Source of the DNA: Candidatus Aenigmatarchaeota archaeon
GTDB taxonomy: Archaea > Aenigmatarchaeota > Aenigmatarchaeia > QMZP01 > QMZT01
Assembly (NCBI GenBank): GCA_016932735.1
Contig: JAFGCI010000001.1
Coordinates: 132,183-196,182 of the forward strand
DNA length: 64,000 nt
Direction: 5' to 3'
The position numbers were made by a program, and so were the translations under genes. The notes beneath the pieces were generated by a model that saw nothing but the letters and a program-made list of their open reading frames with translations, ran no database searches and was not told the origin of the DNA. Shown here piece by piece: positions 26,106-35,728 of this stretch (positions are counted from its first letter, which is position 1; each line of letters begins with the position of its first letter).

Positions 26106-26774
26106 ATGGATTACCTGACTGCAAAGCAAACCGAAGAGCTTGACATGCTCGCGCAGGAAAAATACGGCATTCCGGTTCTTTTATTGATGGAGAATGCGGG
26201 AAAAGCTGTTTCTGAGGAAGCCGTCGAAAGCTTATCCGGAAAGGGTAAAGTCGTTCTCGTTTGTGGGAAAGGAAATAATGGCGGAGATGCGCTTGTCTGT
26301 GCAAGGCATCTCATCGAAAATGGCCTCGACTGCGAGATATTCCTTATAGGAAATCCGGAAGACCTGAAAGGAGAGCCAAAGACCAACTATGAAAAACTGA
26401 AAGCTATGACTATAATCAGAAGGCTATCTTTTGAAAGCATGGAATTCTTTGAAAGGGAACTGACATATGCAGAACTAATTGTTGATGCAATATTCGGAAC
26501 AGGATTATCAAGAGAAGTGGGAGAGCCTTACAAAACCATTATTGAAAAGATAAACTCTTCGGGAAAGCCTGTGTTGTCAGTTGATGTGCCTTCCGGTCTT
26601 GACGCAACGGCAGGAGAAATTCTCGGAACCTGCATCAAAGCGACAAAAACGGTAACATTCACACTACCAAAGACAGGTTTTGTCAAAAGGGACGGTCCTA
26701 AAGTTACCGGAGAAGTCATTGTCAGGGATATCTCAATCCCAAAATCTTTATTATTGGAAATCACGAAGATTTAG
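26106..26774 (+). CDS. nnrE: NAD(P)H-hydrate epimerase (YjeF N-terminal domain only).
   Basis: LLMENAGKAV...VLVCGKGNNGGDALVCARHL is the YjeF_N signature. No C-terminal carbohydrate kinase domain is present. Confidence 0.75.
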   Translation: MDYLTAKQTEELDMLAQEKYGIPVLLLMENAGKAVSEEAVESLSGKGKVVLVCGKGNNGGDALVCARHLIENGLDCEIFLIGNPEDLKGEPKTNYEKLKAMTIIRRLSFESMEFFERELTYAELIVDAIFGTGLSREVGEPYKTIIEKINSSGKPVLSVDVPSGLDATAGEILGTCIKATKTVTFTLPKTGFVKRDGPKVTGEVIVRDISIPKSLLLEITKI

Positions 26775-26776
26775 TT

Positions 26777-27193
26777 ATGGGACTTTTTTCTAATAAGGGC
26801 GAGATAGAAGAATTGAAACTGAAGATGCCCATTAAAGCGGAGTTTGTTGCTTTGGTATCAAATACCCTCAACGAGGATTTCGAGGAAGAATTGCTTGAAG
26901 GAAATTACATCATGATTTCAAAATCAAAAGTAATTGCAATCACTAACCCTGAAGTTATAATTCACAGAGACCCCAACCAGGTAGAGGTACAAAAGGAAAA
27001 CCTTGAAGTAAGGGGTGAGAATCTTGTAGGTCTTGGAGAAAGCTGGATAAATAAGGAAATATTGGGGAAGCTGATAGAGGCCTTCGTACTTTATGAAAAG
27101 AATTACAGAATGTTCATCAATCCGAGAACGCCCTTTCCGCTCCTGATAACCACATATGACGGAAATGTTAGCATTGCACCTGTCGTAGCCTGA
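26777..27193 (+). CDS. Hypothetical protein.
   Basis: 138 aa ORF tightly coupled to nnrE by a 2 nt gap. No recognisable motifs. Confidence 0.4.
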   Translation: MGLFSNKGEIEELKLKMPIKAEFVALVSNTLNEDFEEELLEGNYIMISKSKVIAITNPEVIIHRDPNQVEVQKENLEVRGENLVGLGESWINKEILGKLIEAFVLYEKNYRMFINPRTPFPLLITTYDGNVSIAPVVA

Positions 27194-27224
27194 CTTATTT
27201 AAACCGTCCATACAATCCCTAATC

Positions 27225-27473
27225 ATGATACCGGTCCATAGGCTTCTCCTTAAATTCCTGGGTGACAGGCAGACAGATAAAAGCGAGTTCGAGATAGTCG
27301 TTGCAGATCCTGCCGGACGGCTGTCATACTATAATCTGGAAGACGTCATGGTGGATGAAAGCAATCCGGAGACATTCACATTCATCGATGAGGATGACAG
27401 CTTCATTAAGATATCGTATTCGGATGTCAGGAAAGTATTAAGGAACGAGAAGCCGGTCTGGGAGAAAGGGTAA
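27225..27473 (+). CDS. Hypothetical small protein.
   Basis: 82 aa ORF with an acidic C-terminal half. No motif recognised. Confidence 0.3.
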   Translation: MIPVHRLLLKFLGDRQTDKSEFEIVVADPAGRLSYYNLEDVMVDESNPETFTFIDEDDSFIKISYSDVRKVLRNEKPVWEKG

Positions 27474-27477
27474 ATAT

Positions 27478-27771
27478 CTACAAAGGTTTACCTTTATACC
27501 TGTCGTCAATGTCTCCATGTTTTCCCATTGTAACTTTCATTGCATCTCTTGCTAAAAGAGTTGTTGTTCTAAAGAAGAACCTGCTTACAGGCTTCATTTC
27601 AGACTCTATTTCTCTGATGTTATTCAATTGTTTTCTGGCAGCCTCGAAAACAGTCTTCTTGCCATATTTTACATCAAGATTCATATGATATAGAGCTGCT
27701 CCTGCCTGTAAAATATTTCCTGCGCCAACATAAATTCCTGCCAGTATGCCGGCAATTCCTAACGGGTGCAT
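27478..27771 (-). CDS. Hypothetical small membrane protein.
   Basis: 97 aa. The N-terminus MHPLGIAGILAGIYVGAGNILQAGAALY is a glycine-zipper-like hydrophobic helix. Confidence 0.35.
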   Translation of the reverse strand: MHPLGIAGILAGIYVGAGNILQAGAALYHMNLDVKYGKKTVFEAARKQLNNIREIESEMKPVSRFFFRTTTLLARDAMKVTMGKHGDIDDRYKGKPL

Positions 27772-27848
27772 AATTAACTACTGGAAAATATACATATATT
27801 CACAATTCAATCGATTATAAAACCTTTCCAGTATAATATAATTGGATT

Positions 27849-28100
27849 ATGAAAGGTAATGGAAAGCATTTTGCGTATGTCTGGGGAGACTTAATTAACG
27901 GTTACGCTAATTTATTAGTCGTTGGAAAAGAAGGCCCTTTCGAGACAGGTACGGAGGAATCAATAATAGCGGAAGTGAGAAAGCTGAAGAGTAAAGGATA
28001 TAAAATCTTTATGGGAGAAAGACCTTTATATGGAGAAAACGGAAGAATAGAAAAAACAGAAAAGGCGACACTATCATCACGTTTTGATTTAGAAATATAA
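27849..28100 (+). CDS. Hypothetical small protein.
   Basis: 83 aa ORF with a TATA-like AT-rich region upstream. No motif recognised. Confidence 0.3.
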   Translation: MKGNGKHFAYVWGDLINGYANLLVVGKEGPFETGTEESIIAEVRKLKSKGYKIFMGERPLYGENGRIEKTEKATLSSRFDLEI

Positions 28101-28191
28101 AACCGTATTGGAACACTTTATAGTCTCGGATATTTATATATGAAACCGGTATGCACAGTTCCTTATTTAAATTTTTATTTTAAGTACTTGC

Positions 28192-28464
28192 ATGGGAAGA
28201 GAACATAAATACATTGTGACCTTCAGGCAGACAAGAGAAATGTATCTGCCGTCTTTCTGCCATCTGGTAAGAGAAGGAGCAACGCAATCCGGCTACATAT
28301 TTGAGGGATTCTCCGGATTCGTGCCAGACCCATCCAAAGGAATATTTGAATTTTATGTCTCAGGTAAAGCGAGGCCGGAAAATAACAAACGACTTAAAGG
28401 AAATCTGGCGATTTATGGAGTAATAGAGAAATCTGAAAAAATCCAAAACCCCTTGAAAGAATAA
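28192..28464 (+). CDS. Hypothetical small protein.
   Basis: 90 aa ORF. No motif recognised. Confidence 0.3.
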   Translation: MGREHKYIVTFRQTREMYLPSFCHLVREGATQSGYIFEGFSGFVPDPSKGIFEFYVSGKARPENNKRLKGNLAIYGVIEKSEKIQNPLKE

Positions 28465-28514
28465 ATCAAAAATAGCGAATTGCTTAAAAAGGCTAATTCT
28501 CTTAATAAATACCC

Positions 28515-29447
28515 ATGAAGAGCGTCAACACAGGAATATTCCATGATTCGTCAGGAGAGCTTCTGTCGCTTCTTGGAAAGAAAGGCACGATGACAGATAT
28601 CCAGTTCTCAAACCGAAAAGAAGGGGATGTCTTCTATGCCTTCCTTGAGCCGAGGGAAGACAAGCTCTCGGCCAAGTGCCAGATTATACAAACAATGGAC
28701 ATCGCGGTACTCTGCATAGACCAGATAACATCCGAAGTGGGCGAAACAATACTGCTTCTTGATGCGATGAAAAAGAATCTCGGTATAATGATTCTTTCAG
28801 ATGTGGTCGATAAAGAAATGCTTTCCAAAGTTACAAAGGGCACTGTGGTTTCCGGCTATAAAGAGGTCGGAAGGGACTTCAACCAGATAATAGAAGCCAT
28901 AAACTCTTTTGAAATCAAGAGGAATGACAGCCTGAAAAAAGTCGTCGAGGTGGACCAGTTCTTCAATGTAAAAGGCGTTGGGACGGTAATCCTTGGTTTT
29001 GTCAAACAGGGAACCATCAACAAGTTCGACAAGCTGAAGATGCTTCCTCAGGGAAAAGAGATTGTCGTGCGTTCCATCCAGATGCACGATAAGGACTTCG
29101 ACTCAGCAAACGACGGATGCAGAGTTGGCCTAGCCCTTAAGGGCGTCGAAGCTGAAGAGTTCACTAAAGGAACACTACTTTGCGAAGACGGAACCGCTGA
29201 ACTCGTAACGGAAGTTCAGATAGAATTCAAAAAGAACAAGTTCTTTTCTGGAGCAGCCGAAGCGGGAAAAGTCTTTCATGTATCCCATGGAATGCAGTTT
29301 CCGCCACTTAGTATAAAATCGATTGATGGAAACAAACTTGTCTTAGAATCAAAAAACAAGATGGCAATACGAAAGAATCAAAGAGTCGTTCTGATAGACT
29401 TGAATGCTCCTAAATTACATTTGGTCGGGAGCGGAAAAATACTATAA
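28515..29447 (+). CDS. EF-Tu/EF1A-family paralog with a degenerate (probably GTPase-dead) G domain and intact beta-barrel domains II and III.
   Basis: Domain II, VDQFFNVKGVGTVILGFVKQGTINKFDKLKMLPQGKEIVVRSIQMHDKDF...GCRVGLALKGVEAEEFTKGTLL, aligns to EF-Tu domain 2 ([21 protein letters not shown]...). The C-terminal ...LHLVGSGKIL resembles the domain III end. The N-terminal region (GIFHDSSGELLSLLGKKGT, LDAMKK, SDVVDKEM) lacks canonical G1 GxxxxGKS/T, G3 DxxG and G4 NKxD motifs. Confidence 0.7.
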   Translation: MKSVNTGIFHDSSGELLSLLGKKGTMTDIQFSNRKEGDVFYAFLEPREDKLSAKCQIIQTMDIAVLCIDQITSEVGETILLLDAMKKNLGIMILSDVVDKEMLSKVTKGTVVSGYKEVGRDFNQIIEAINSFEIKRNDSLKKVVEVDQFFNVKGVGTVILGFVKQGTINKFDKLKMLPQGKEIVVRSIQMHDKDFDSANDGCRVGLALKGVEAEEFTKGTLLCEDGTAELVTEVQIEFKKNKFFSGAAEAGKVFHVSHGMQFPPLSIKSIDGNKLVLESKNKMAIRKNQRVVLIDLNAPKLHLVGSGKIL

Positions 29448-29660
29448 CTTCTTCCATACCATCGATTTCTTTTCGGGAGAGAACCTTCCTTCGACCTTCT
29501 TCTCCCCGCGAAGCTTGATGAGAGCGAAATTAACCTTGTCCATGCATTCGGAGCGGCTGCCTTCCTTTCTGAGAGTGTCCTCAATTTCTGTCGTTGTCTT
29601 CTCTCCCTCATCGAGCAGCCTCATGATTATTATCTCGATGTCCTCTTTGCTTAAAGTCAT
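29442..29660 (-). CDS. Small putative winged-helix DNA-binding protein.
   Basis: 72 aa. The pattern LSKEDIEIIIMRLLDEGEKTTTEIEDTL...VNFALIKL resembles a wHTH (ArsR/TrmB-like) fold. It is convergent with the upstream gene and overlaps it by 6 nt. Confidence 0.35.
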   Translation of the reverse strand: MTLSKEDIEIIIMRLLDEGEKTTTEIEDTLRKEGSRSECMDKVNFALIKLRGEKKVEGRFSPEKKSMVWKKL

Positions 29661-29845
29661 ATGGCATCTTTATAGCTCAATAATATATGAATACTTATAT
29701 ATTATGATGTGATTTCATAGTCAATATGGCAATTCGCTTTACATTTGATTCATGTTTGCAAAGCCAAATGTGAAGCTCTCCATATTGATTGCTAGCTAAG
29801 CAAAAGCATAAACTAATCAATTAATGGTTAGAAAAAGGTGAAAAA

Positions 29846-31660
29846 ATGTTTAATAAACACAAGAAAATAGTACCGGATACATCCGTTCTCATAACAAGGA
29901 AATTATCGGAGCTTGTTTCTGAAGGAAAATTATCCGATGTAAAGATCATAATTCCAAGGTTCGTGATGGATGAGCTTCAGGCTCAGGCATCGCGCAGCCG
30001 CGACACCGGATTTCAGGGTCTTGCAGAAGTGAAGGCACTAAGAGACCTTCCCAGAAAATACAAGATAGAAGTCACGATTGACGGAAGGCTTCCGACGGCT
30101 GAAGAAATAAATTTAGCCAAGAAAGGAAGGCTGGATTCGCTGATAAAGGAATTCGCCGGAAAAGAGAAAGCGCTTCTTATCACAAGCGATTACGTACAGG
30201 CGATTGTCGGCGAAGCGGAAGGCGTCGCCGTCCAGCATTACCCAAGCGCACATCCGCAGATTGTCGGTATCGAGAAGTTCTTTGATGAGAACACACAGTC
30301 GGTTCATCTGAAAACCGGCGTAATCCCTGTAGCAAAGAAAGGGAAGCCGGGATCAGTAAAGCTTGCAAAACTTTCCGATAAGCCCATTACAGAAAAGGAA
30401 ATAAAAAAGATTGTCGATGACATAATGTCCAAGCAGAGGAAGGAAGAAGATTCGTTTGTCGAGATGAATCGTGGCGGAGCTTCCGTTATCCAGCTCGGCG
30501 ACTACAGGATTACAATTACGAAGCCGCCTTTCTCGGACGCGCTGGAAATGACGGCTGTAAGGCCGATAGCAAAGAAGTCGATTGATGACTACAAGCTGAA
30601 AAAAGAAATTATTGACAGGATTACCGGGACATCCCAGGGAGTCCTCATTTCGGGAGCTCCGGGAAGCGGGAAGTCGACCTTCGCTGCAGCTGTCGCTAAC
30701 ATGCTTTCCGGAATGGAAAAGATTGTAAAAACATTTGAACAGCCAAGAGACCTTCAGGTCGTCCCGGAGATAACGCAGTACGCGCCTCTTCTCGGAAGCT
30801 GGGAGAAGACTTCGGAGATACTTCTTCTGGCAAGGCCGGACTACACTGTCTTCGATGAAGTCAGGACGACTGATGATTTCCGTGTCTTTGCTGACATGCG
30901 CCTTGCAGGCGTCGGAATGATAGGAGTCGTCCATTCGACAGACCCAGTATCTGCCATACAGAGATTCGTCGGAAGGATTGAGCTTGGAATGATTCCGCAC
31001 GTAATGAACACAGTCATTTTCATAGAAGCGGGACATGTGAAAAAGATTTACGATGTCTCGCTATCTGTCAGAGTCCCGACAGGGATGAAGGACGACGACC
31101 TTTCAAGGCCGGTCGTTGATATCAAGGACTTCGACACGGGAAAACTTGAATACGAGATATACACGTTCGGGGAAGAAAATGTAGTTATCCCGATTAAAGA
31201 TGCAAAGAAAACAGCGGGGGAAAGCCCGCTGAAAAAACTTGCAGCTGAAACCCTCTACAGGAAACTTTCAAACATAGATAGGAACATGAAAGTCGAGGTC
31301 TTAAGCGATAACAGGATTCTGATAAAGGTCAGAAACGATCTCATTGCAAAGATAATAGGAAAGAAGGGCGCCAATATCGAGAAGCTTGAGCAGGAGATAG
31401 GCTTTAACATATCCGTTGAACCCATTGAGGAAACGATGAAAAAGGAAGCAAAGTTTCAGGCCTTCGAGAAGGGAGCAAGCTATTATATCGACCTAGGACA
31501 CGAATCCGGAGGGCGTTTCGTGGACGTCTACGACGGAAAGAGCCTGATCTTCTCTGTTGAAGTCGGGAAGAGGGGAATGATTAAGGTCAAGAAGAAGTCC
31601 GAGATAGGAAGAAAGATTCTAAGCGCAATGGCTTCTGACAGGATGAAGGTTTATTACTGA
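29846..31660 (+). CDS. PIN-domain / PilT-type ATPase / KH-domain protein (conserved archaeal COG1855-like).
   Basis: N-terminal PIN (VPDTSVLI...D). Walker A is ISGAPGSGKSTFAAAVAN and Walker B is YTVFDEVRT. The C-terminal KH reads KIIGKKGANIEKLEQEIGFNISVEP. Confidence 0.8.
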   Translation: MFNKHKKIVPDTSVLITRKLSELVSEGKLSDVKIIIPRFVMDELQAQASRSRDTGFQGLAEVKALRDLPRKYKIEVTIDGRLPTAEEINLAKKGRLDSLIKEFAGKEKALLITSDYVQAIVGEAEGVAVQHYPSAHPQIVGIEKFFDENTQSVHLKTGVIPVAKKGKPGSVKLAKLSDKPITEKEIKKIVDDIMSKQRKEEDSFVEMNRGGASVIQLGDYRITITKPPFSDALEMTAVRPIAKKSIDDYKLKKEIIDRITGTSQGVLISGAPGSGKSTFAAAVANMLSGMEKIVKTFEQPRDLQVVPEITQYAPLLGSWEKTSEILLLARPDYTVFDEVRTTDDFRVFADMRLAGVGMIGVVHSTDPVSAIQRFVGRIELGMIPHVMNTVIFIEAGHVKKIYDVSLSVRVPTGMKDDDLSRPVVDIKDFDTGKLEYEIYTFGEENVVIPIKDAKKTAGESPLKKLAAETLYRKLSNIDRNMKVEVLSDNRILIKVRNDLIAKIIGKKGANIEKLEQEIGFNISVEPIEETMKKEAKFQAFEKGASYYIDLGHESGGRFVDVYDGKSLIFSVEVGKRGMIKVKKKSEIGRKILSAMASDRMKVYY

Positions 31661-31705
31661 CTATAAAATAGTTAAATTTATATTTAACAAAGAATATTAA
31701 ATATA

Positions 31706-32659
31706 ATGAAAACTTCACCTGAAGTGCTGATAATAACACCCTACAGGGCAGATAATAAAGAAAGAATGAGATTATTTCAGGAGAGAACAAAAGAGAGCGT
31801 TCTTACTCAGTCTTTCATGAATTTCCACTGGTTAGTTGTTGACGACGAATCTCCCATACCCGCAGAAGAAGCCTTAAGAGGAGTCAGGGATTCGAGAGTT
31901 GAGGTTTTCAGAAGACAAAGAAAAACTGGAGATATTTCAACAGCATCGAATGGCATTAACGAAGGCTTCAGAGTTCTTTTTCAGGATTCACGATTTTCTG
32001 ATACACCTTTCGTATCAGCACTGCATTCAGACGATATGTACACGGAAAACGGCCTTAATCTCAAGGTGGATGCAATGAGAAAGGATGAAAGGGCCGGTTT
32101 CCTTTATACAAAACTTAAAATAGAGAATCTTAACGGCGGATATCCTTATTTAAAATTCATTCATAATGGTGAGACCGAACCGGATAAATTAAGAAAACTT
32201 GTATGGATTTCCGGACTTCCTTATATGAGCATGCTTTACAGAAAAGGCTTCATAGCAGATGTGAACAGCCAACTGCAATATCCGGAGAAACATGACTTTG
32301 GCATATGGGACCCTTTGATTAGATTCGGTGAAGATAGAGAAATGGCTCTCCAATGCATAAACGCTGCGCAAGATTGTGGTTGGAAAATAATATCTTTGCC
32401 ATATGTAACGGCTACTTATACAACTCATGACAATTCAATAACAGGAACCACTGGCAGAAAAAGCATAAGAGCTGACAATGAAAGGATAGTAAGAAGACAT
32501 TACGACAGGTTTACACGAGACGAAAAGGCAGAAATGATTATCAAGGATGCATTATGCTATAAAAGATACATAAGATGGCTACCCGACAAAATAAAAAACC
32601 CTTTGAAATATGCAAGAAATTGTATCAGATATCATATGCAGAAGAATCAATTTGCATAA
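31706..32659 (+). CDS. GT-A fold (family 2-like) glycosyltransferase.
   Basis: VLIITPYRAD...WLVVDDESP...ASNGINEGFR...VSALHSDDMY follows the GT2 order of motifs: SVIIPTYN-like, DxD and xDD. Confidence 0.55.
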   Translation: MKTSPEVLIITPYRADNKERMRLFQERTKESVLTQSFMNFHWLVVDDESPIPAEEALRGVRDSRVEVFRRQRKTGDISTASNGINEGFRVLFQDSRFSDTPFVSALHSDDMYTENGLNLKVDAMRKDERAGFLYTKLKIENLNGGYPYLKFIHNGETEPDKLRKLVWISGLPYMSMLYRKGFIADVNSQLQYPEKHDFGIWDPLIRFGEDREMALQCINAAQDCGWKIISLPYVTATYTTHDNSITGTTGRKSIRADNERIVRRHYDRFTRDEKAEMIIKDALCYKRYIRWLPDKIKNPLKYARNCIRYHMQKNQFA

Positions 32660-32665
32660 TTTGCC

Positions 32666-33409
32666 TCAGAGCCAAATCAGTCTCAGAGGAACTTCCGCCT
32701 TCTTTATTGTCACTATGTCGCCCTCGCCTATTTTGAACGTGTACTGGTCCTGCCCATCGATGCTCAGCTCAGCTTCGTCATTCAAAGGAATCACTGTTAC
32801 ATGAGCCGCCGATAATGCCGGGCCTTTCTTGAGCGAGCCTTTGTAAGGTGCGACAGCGCAGACGCCGAATCTTCCTTCAAGGAAATCTGCAGGCCGGACA
32901 CCGGCAGAACCCGCGAATGCGGTTGAGCCCTGCGATGTGTATGCAAGTATTGCGGTATTCATCTCAAGCGAAGTCTTGTTGTCAATCGTGAGTTCAGAAT
33001 GAAGCATTTTTCTCGTGTAAAGAGCGCTCACTATCACTTCGTTTACAGCCGCAGCGTTAACCGGCTCTTTGTTTATTTCAGCAGCGAGTCTCATTAATTT
33101 TCTTATGGAATAGTCCTTGCCTTCAAAACCAAGGATAGTTTTCTTAACCTTCTCCATGTAGTCGCCGGGACCTGCTGCAAGGTAATGTCCCACGGAATCG
33201 CCGCCGTTTATGCCGAGAATCGGGCAATGAAAATCATTCTGGTAGTGAAGAAGCGTCCCGTCGCCGCCTATTGTTATCACGAGGTTTATATGTTCCTCTT
33301 TTTTGTCTGTGTGCCCGACTTTATTATCATCAAGGAACTTCTCTATGTTTTTCCTTATATCGTCATACATGTCCGGCTTGGTCGCGATAAAGACCTTAGT
33401 GAAGCGCAT
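32666..33409 (-). CDS. nadK: NAD kinase.
   Basis: Motifs: GGDGTLL, NEV..., and SQGSTAFAGSAG (matching DGxxxxTxxGSTAYSxSAGG). Confidence 0.8.
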   Translation of the reverse strand: MRFTKVFIATKPDMYDDIRKNIEKFLDDNKVGHTDKKEEHINLVITIGGDGTLLHYQNDFHCPILGINGGDSVGHYLAAGPGDYMEKVKKTILGFEGKDYSIRKLMRLAAEINKEPVNAAAVNEVIVSALYTRKMLHSELTIDNKTSLEMNTAILAYTSQGSTAFAGSAGVRPADFLEGRFGVCAVAPYKGSLKKGPALSAAHVTVIPLNDEAELSIDGQDQYTFKIGEGDIVTIKKAEVPLRLIWL

Positions 33410-33470
33410 AATACCACATTGAAATATTGTTTGGGGCGCTTAAATAACGGCTACATATTTAATTTCGATT

Positions 33471-34292
33471 CTATTTATGGACGAACTTTATCGGGGAACT
33501 AATAGCTGTCTTTGAGTCGGCTATAAACTTGTCCGGGTTTCTACGGTAGCTTTCATAAACATATTCCATCTCTTCAAGTATGCGTTTATCGAAAGACATT
33601 CTTCCCCATATTCTCGTGTAGCAATTCCCCATAAATTTCATGGCTTCTTGAGAAATCTCGTATTGGCGCCGCCCAATATTATCCGGTCGGGAAGGTTTTA
33701 TTAGTTTCTTTTTGATTAGTGGACACAAGTCATATATACCGGGGTATCCAAAAATACCGGTCTTAGATAATCGGGAAATCCTTTCCTCGCTGTAAAGATT
33801 GCTGCCGATGTCGGGTTTGCATTCAGTTATTCTGGAAGCAAGAACAAGAGTTCCATGTCTTACACCCTGGTTAAAACCGGGAGACTGGTTATTCTCAGCC
33901 GCTTTTTTTACATTAAAAGCTGCAAGATTTCTTGCAAATCGGAAGAATCTGCTATTGACTGGTTCTATTAGCCAGTCATTATCTTTATAGACATATGCAA
34001 TTTTCCCGCAATTCAGAAGCTCCGAACGGCTGACACCATTATAGGGTCTTCGGTATAGATTTACTGCGTTTATATGGTGGGGAGTAAAATGTTTTCCAAA
34101 AGCCTCTTCAATAGATTCCAATTTTTTCAGGTTTTCGATATTCCCAAGAAGAAAGAATACCGGCATTTCGGATCTTCCGTATAGCAACATGCATACAGGG
34201 TCAGCCATCTTCCAATCGCTCATATAGTCCATCGTGTCTCCGCCAAGACCCCTGACATACTTTCTTCCGAATATTCTGGGTTTCGACAGCAT
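33471..34292 (-). CDS. Hypothetical protein.
   Basis: 273 aa ORF with good coding character. No motif I can assign. Confidence 0.5.
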   Translation of the reverse strand: MLSKPRIFGRKYVRGLGGDTMDYMSDWKMADPVCMLLYGRSEMPVFFLLGNIENLKKLESIEEAFGKHFTPHHINAVNLYRRPYNGVSRSELLNCGKIAYVYKDNDWLIEPVNSRFFRFARNLAAFNVKKAAENNQSPGFNQGVRHGTLVLASRITECKPDIGSNLYSEERISRLSKTGIFGYPGIYDLCPLIKKKLIKPSRPDNIGRRQYEISQEAMKFMGNCYTRIWGRMSFDKRILEEMEYVYESYRRNPDKFIADSKTAISSPIKFVHK

Positions 34293-34361
34293 ATGTGTTC
34301 ACAGTTTCTATTTCCAAAAGAAGAAATTAAAGGACGAATTGTTCCATGAAATTATGCCTTA

Positions 34362-35090
34362 TCAGAAAACACATTTCTCCCCGTTCTTGCTGAGCCATTT
34401 ATCCCTTTCTTTGTAATCGGGAATGACCTTTCCGACAAGCTCCCAGTACTTCTTTGAGTGATTGAAATGGACCAGATGAGCCAATTCATGAACACATACA
34501 TACTCCAGAATCTCATCTGGAGCAAGCAGAAGCCGCGAGGAAATCGTGATGTTTCCGTGCCTTGAGCATGAGCCCCATCTTGAGCTCATGTTCTTGAACT
34601 TTATGTCCCCCAGCTCCTTCCGGAAGAAAAGATTGTTAAGAAGGTTGATTTTGTTCTGGAGCCGGGGAAGCCTTCTCTGTGCGACAATCTTTGCAAGAAC
34701 GCTTGATATATGCTTCTTCCGATCTTCTTCGGGTATCGCTTCCGGAATATTCAGCCGGATTATATTGCCTAGTATGTTCCCAGAGGCGCTCTTCCTTTTT
34801 GTGTAATCTATTCTCAGCGCGAACTTCTCACCGCCAATGTCTATGACGTCCTGATTCCTGTATTCCCGCGTATATGGGGGTTTGTATCTTTCAGGGTTCT
34901 TTCTTATCCTCTGGATAGCCCATTCCCTGAACTCATCAAGATGCTTCTGGCGCTCGGCCTTGTTAGCTCTTGATGAAAGGCGGATAGTGACAACATTGTT
35001 CTGCATGGAAGCAGTTGAGCTCCATTTCCTGTGCATCAGAACTTTCAGGATGTATTTGTTCCTGCCGATAAAAAACTCTTCAGTCTGCAT
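34362..35090 (-). CDS. DUF45/YgjP-like (M48-related) zinc metallopeptidase.
   Basis: The C-terminal signature SSRWGSCSRHGNITISSRLLLAPDEILEYVCVHELAHLVHFNHSKKYWELV (WGSC...HELxHL...NHS..FW) is diagnostic of the DUF45/YgjP family. Confidence 0.65.
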   Translation of the reverse strand: MQTEEFFIGRNKYILKVLMHRKWSSTASMQNNVVTIRLSSRANKAERQKHLDEFREWAIQRIRKNPERYKPPYTREYRNQDVIDIGGEKFALRIDYTKRKSASGNILGNIIRLNIPEAIPEEDRKKHISSVLAKIVAQRRLPRLQNKINLLNNLFFRKELGDIKFKNMSSRWGSCSRHGNITISSRLLLAPDEILEYVCVHELAHLVHFNHSKKYWELVGKVIPDYKERDKWLSKNGEKCVF

Positions 35091-35112
35091 ATTTAATTAT
35101 GGCTTCAATATT

Positions 35113-35571
35113 TCAAAAATCAATCCTGAAATCTTCCTTTATGACATTGAGGACTACATGCGTTTCTGTCCTTTCTATTGAAGGGAGAGCTAGAAGCGAT
35201 TTCACAAAGCCATTAAGATCGCTTCTTTTCTTAAACCTGGAGATAACTATTGCGTCAGCACGCCCGGTGACATCATAGACAGCAAGAACGCCTCTTTTTC
35301 TCGAGATATCCTTTTCGGCTTCCACGAGCTTTCCTTTGGATGCGAATATCTCTGTTATGGCTGTCATCTCGTATCCAAGCTTTTCATGGTCTAGAATAGC
35401 GGAATAGTTCCTTATTATCCCTTCCTTCTCCATCTCATCTATCTTTCTGGAGACGGTTGTTATGGAGGCGCCAAGAGCCCTTGATAAAGTTCTTAGGGAG
35501 CGCCTTGAATCCTTCTGGAGTTCTTTTAGGATACCGCTCTCAACCCTGTTTTGGACTTTCATACGTATCAC
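35113..35571 (-). CDS. Lrp/AsnC-family transcriptional regulator.
   Basis: N-terminal HTH (ILKELQKDSRRSLRTLSRALGASITTVSRKIDEMEKEGII) plus a C-terminal RAM domain. It is divergent from glnA. Confidence 0.75.
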   Translation of the reverse strand: MIRMKVQNRVESGILKELQKDSRRSLRTLSRALGASITTVSRKIDEMEKEGIIRNYSAILDHEKLGYEMTAITEIFASKGKLVEAEKDISRKRGVLAVYDVTGRADAIVISRFKKRSDLNGFVKSLLALPSIERTETHVVLNVIKEDFRIDF

Positions 35572-35728
35572 AAAAATACTATTATATCAGAATTTATGGA
35601 ACAAATGAAAATAAATACTTTATTTAAGATTACAAATGAGACCCAAAAGATGACATTGGTTAAAATATATACAAAAATAATATCAGGATAAGTTTGAATA
35701 CTTCTCGGGATAGTTAAGAGGTTTTGGC

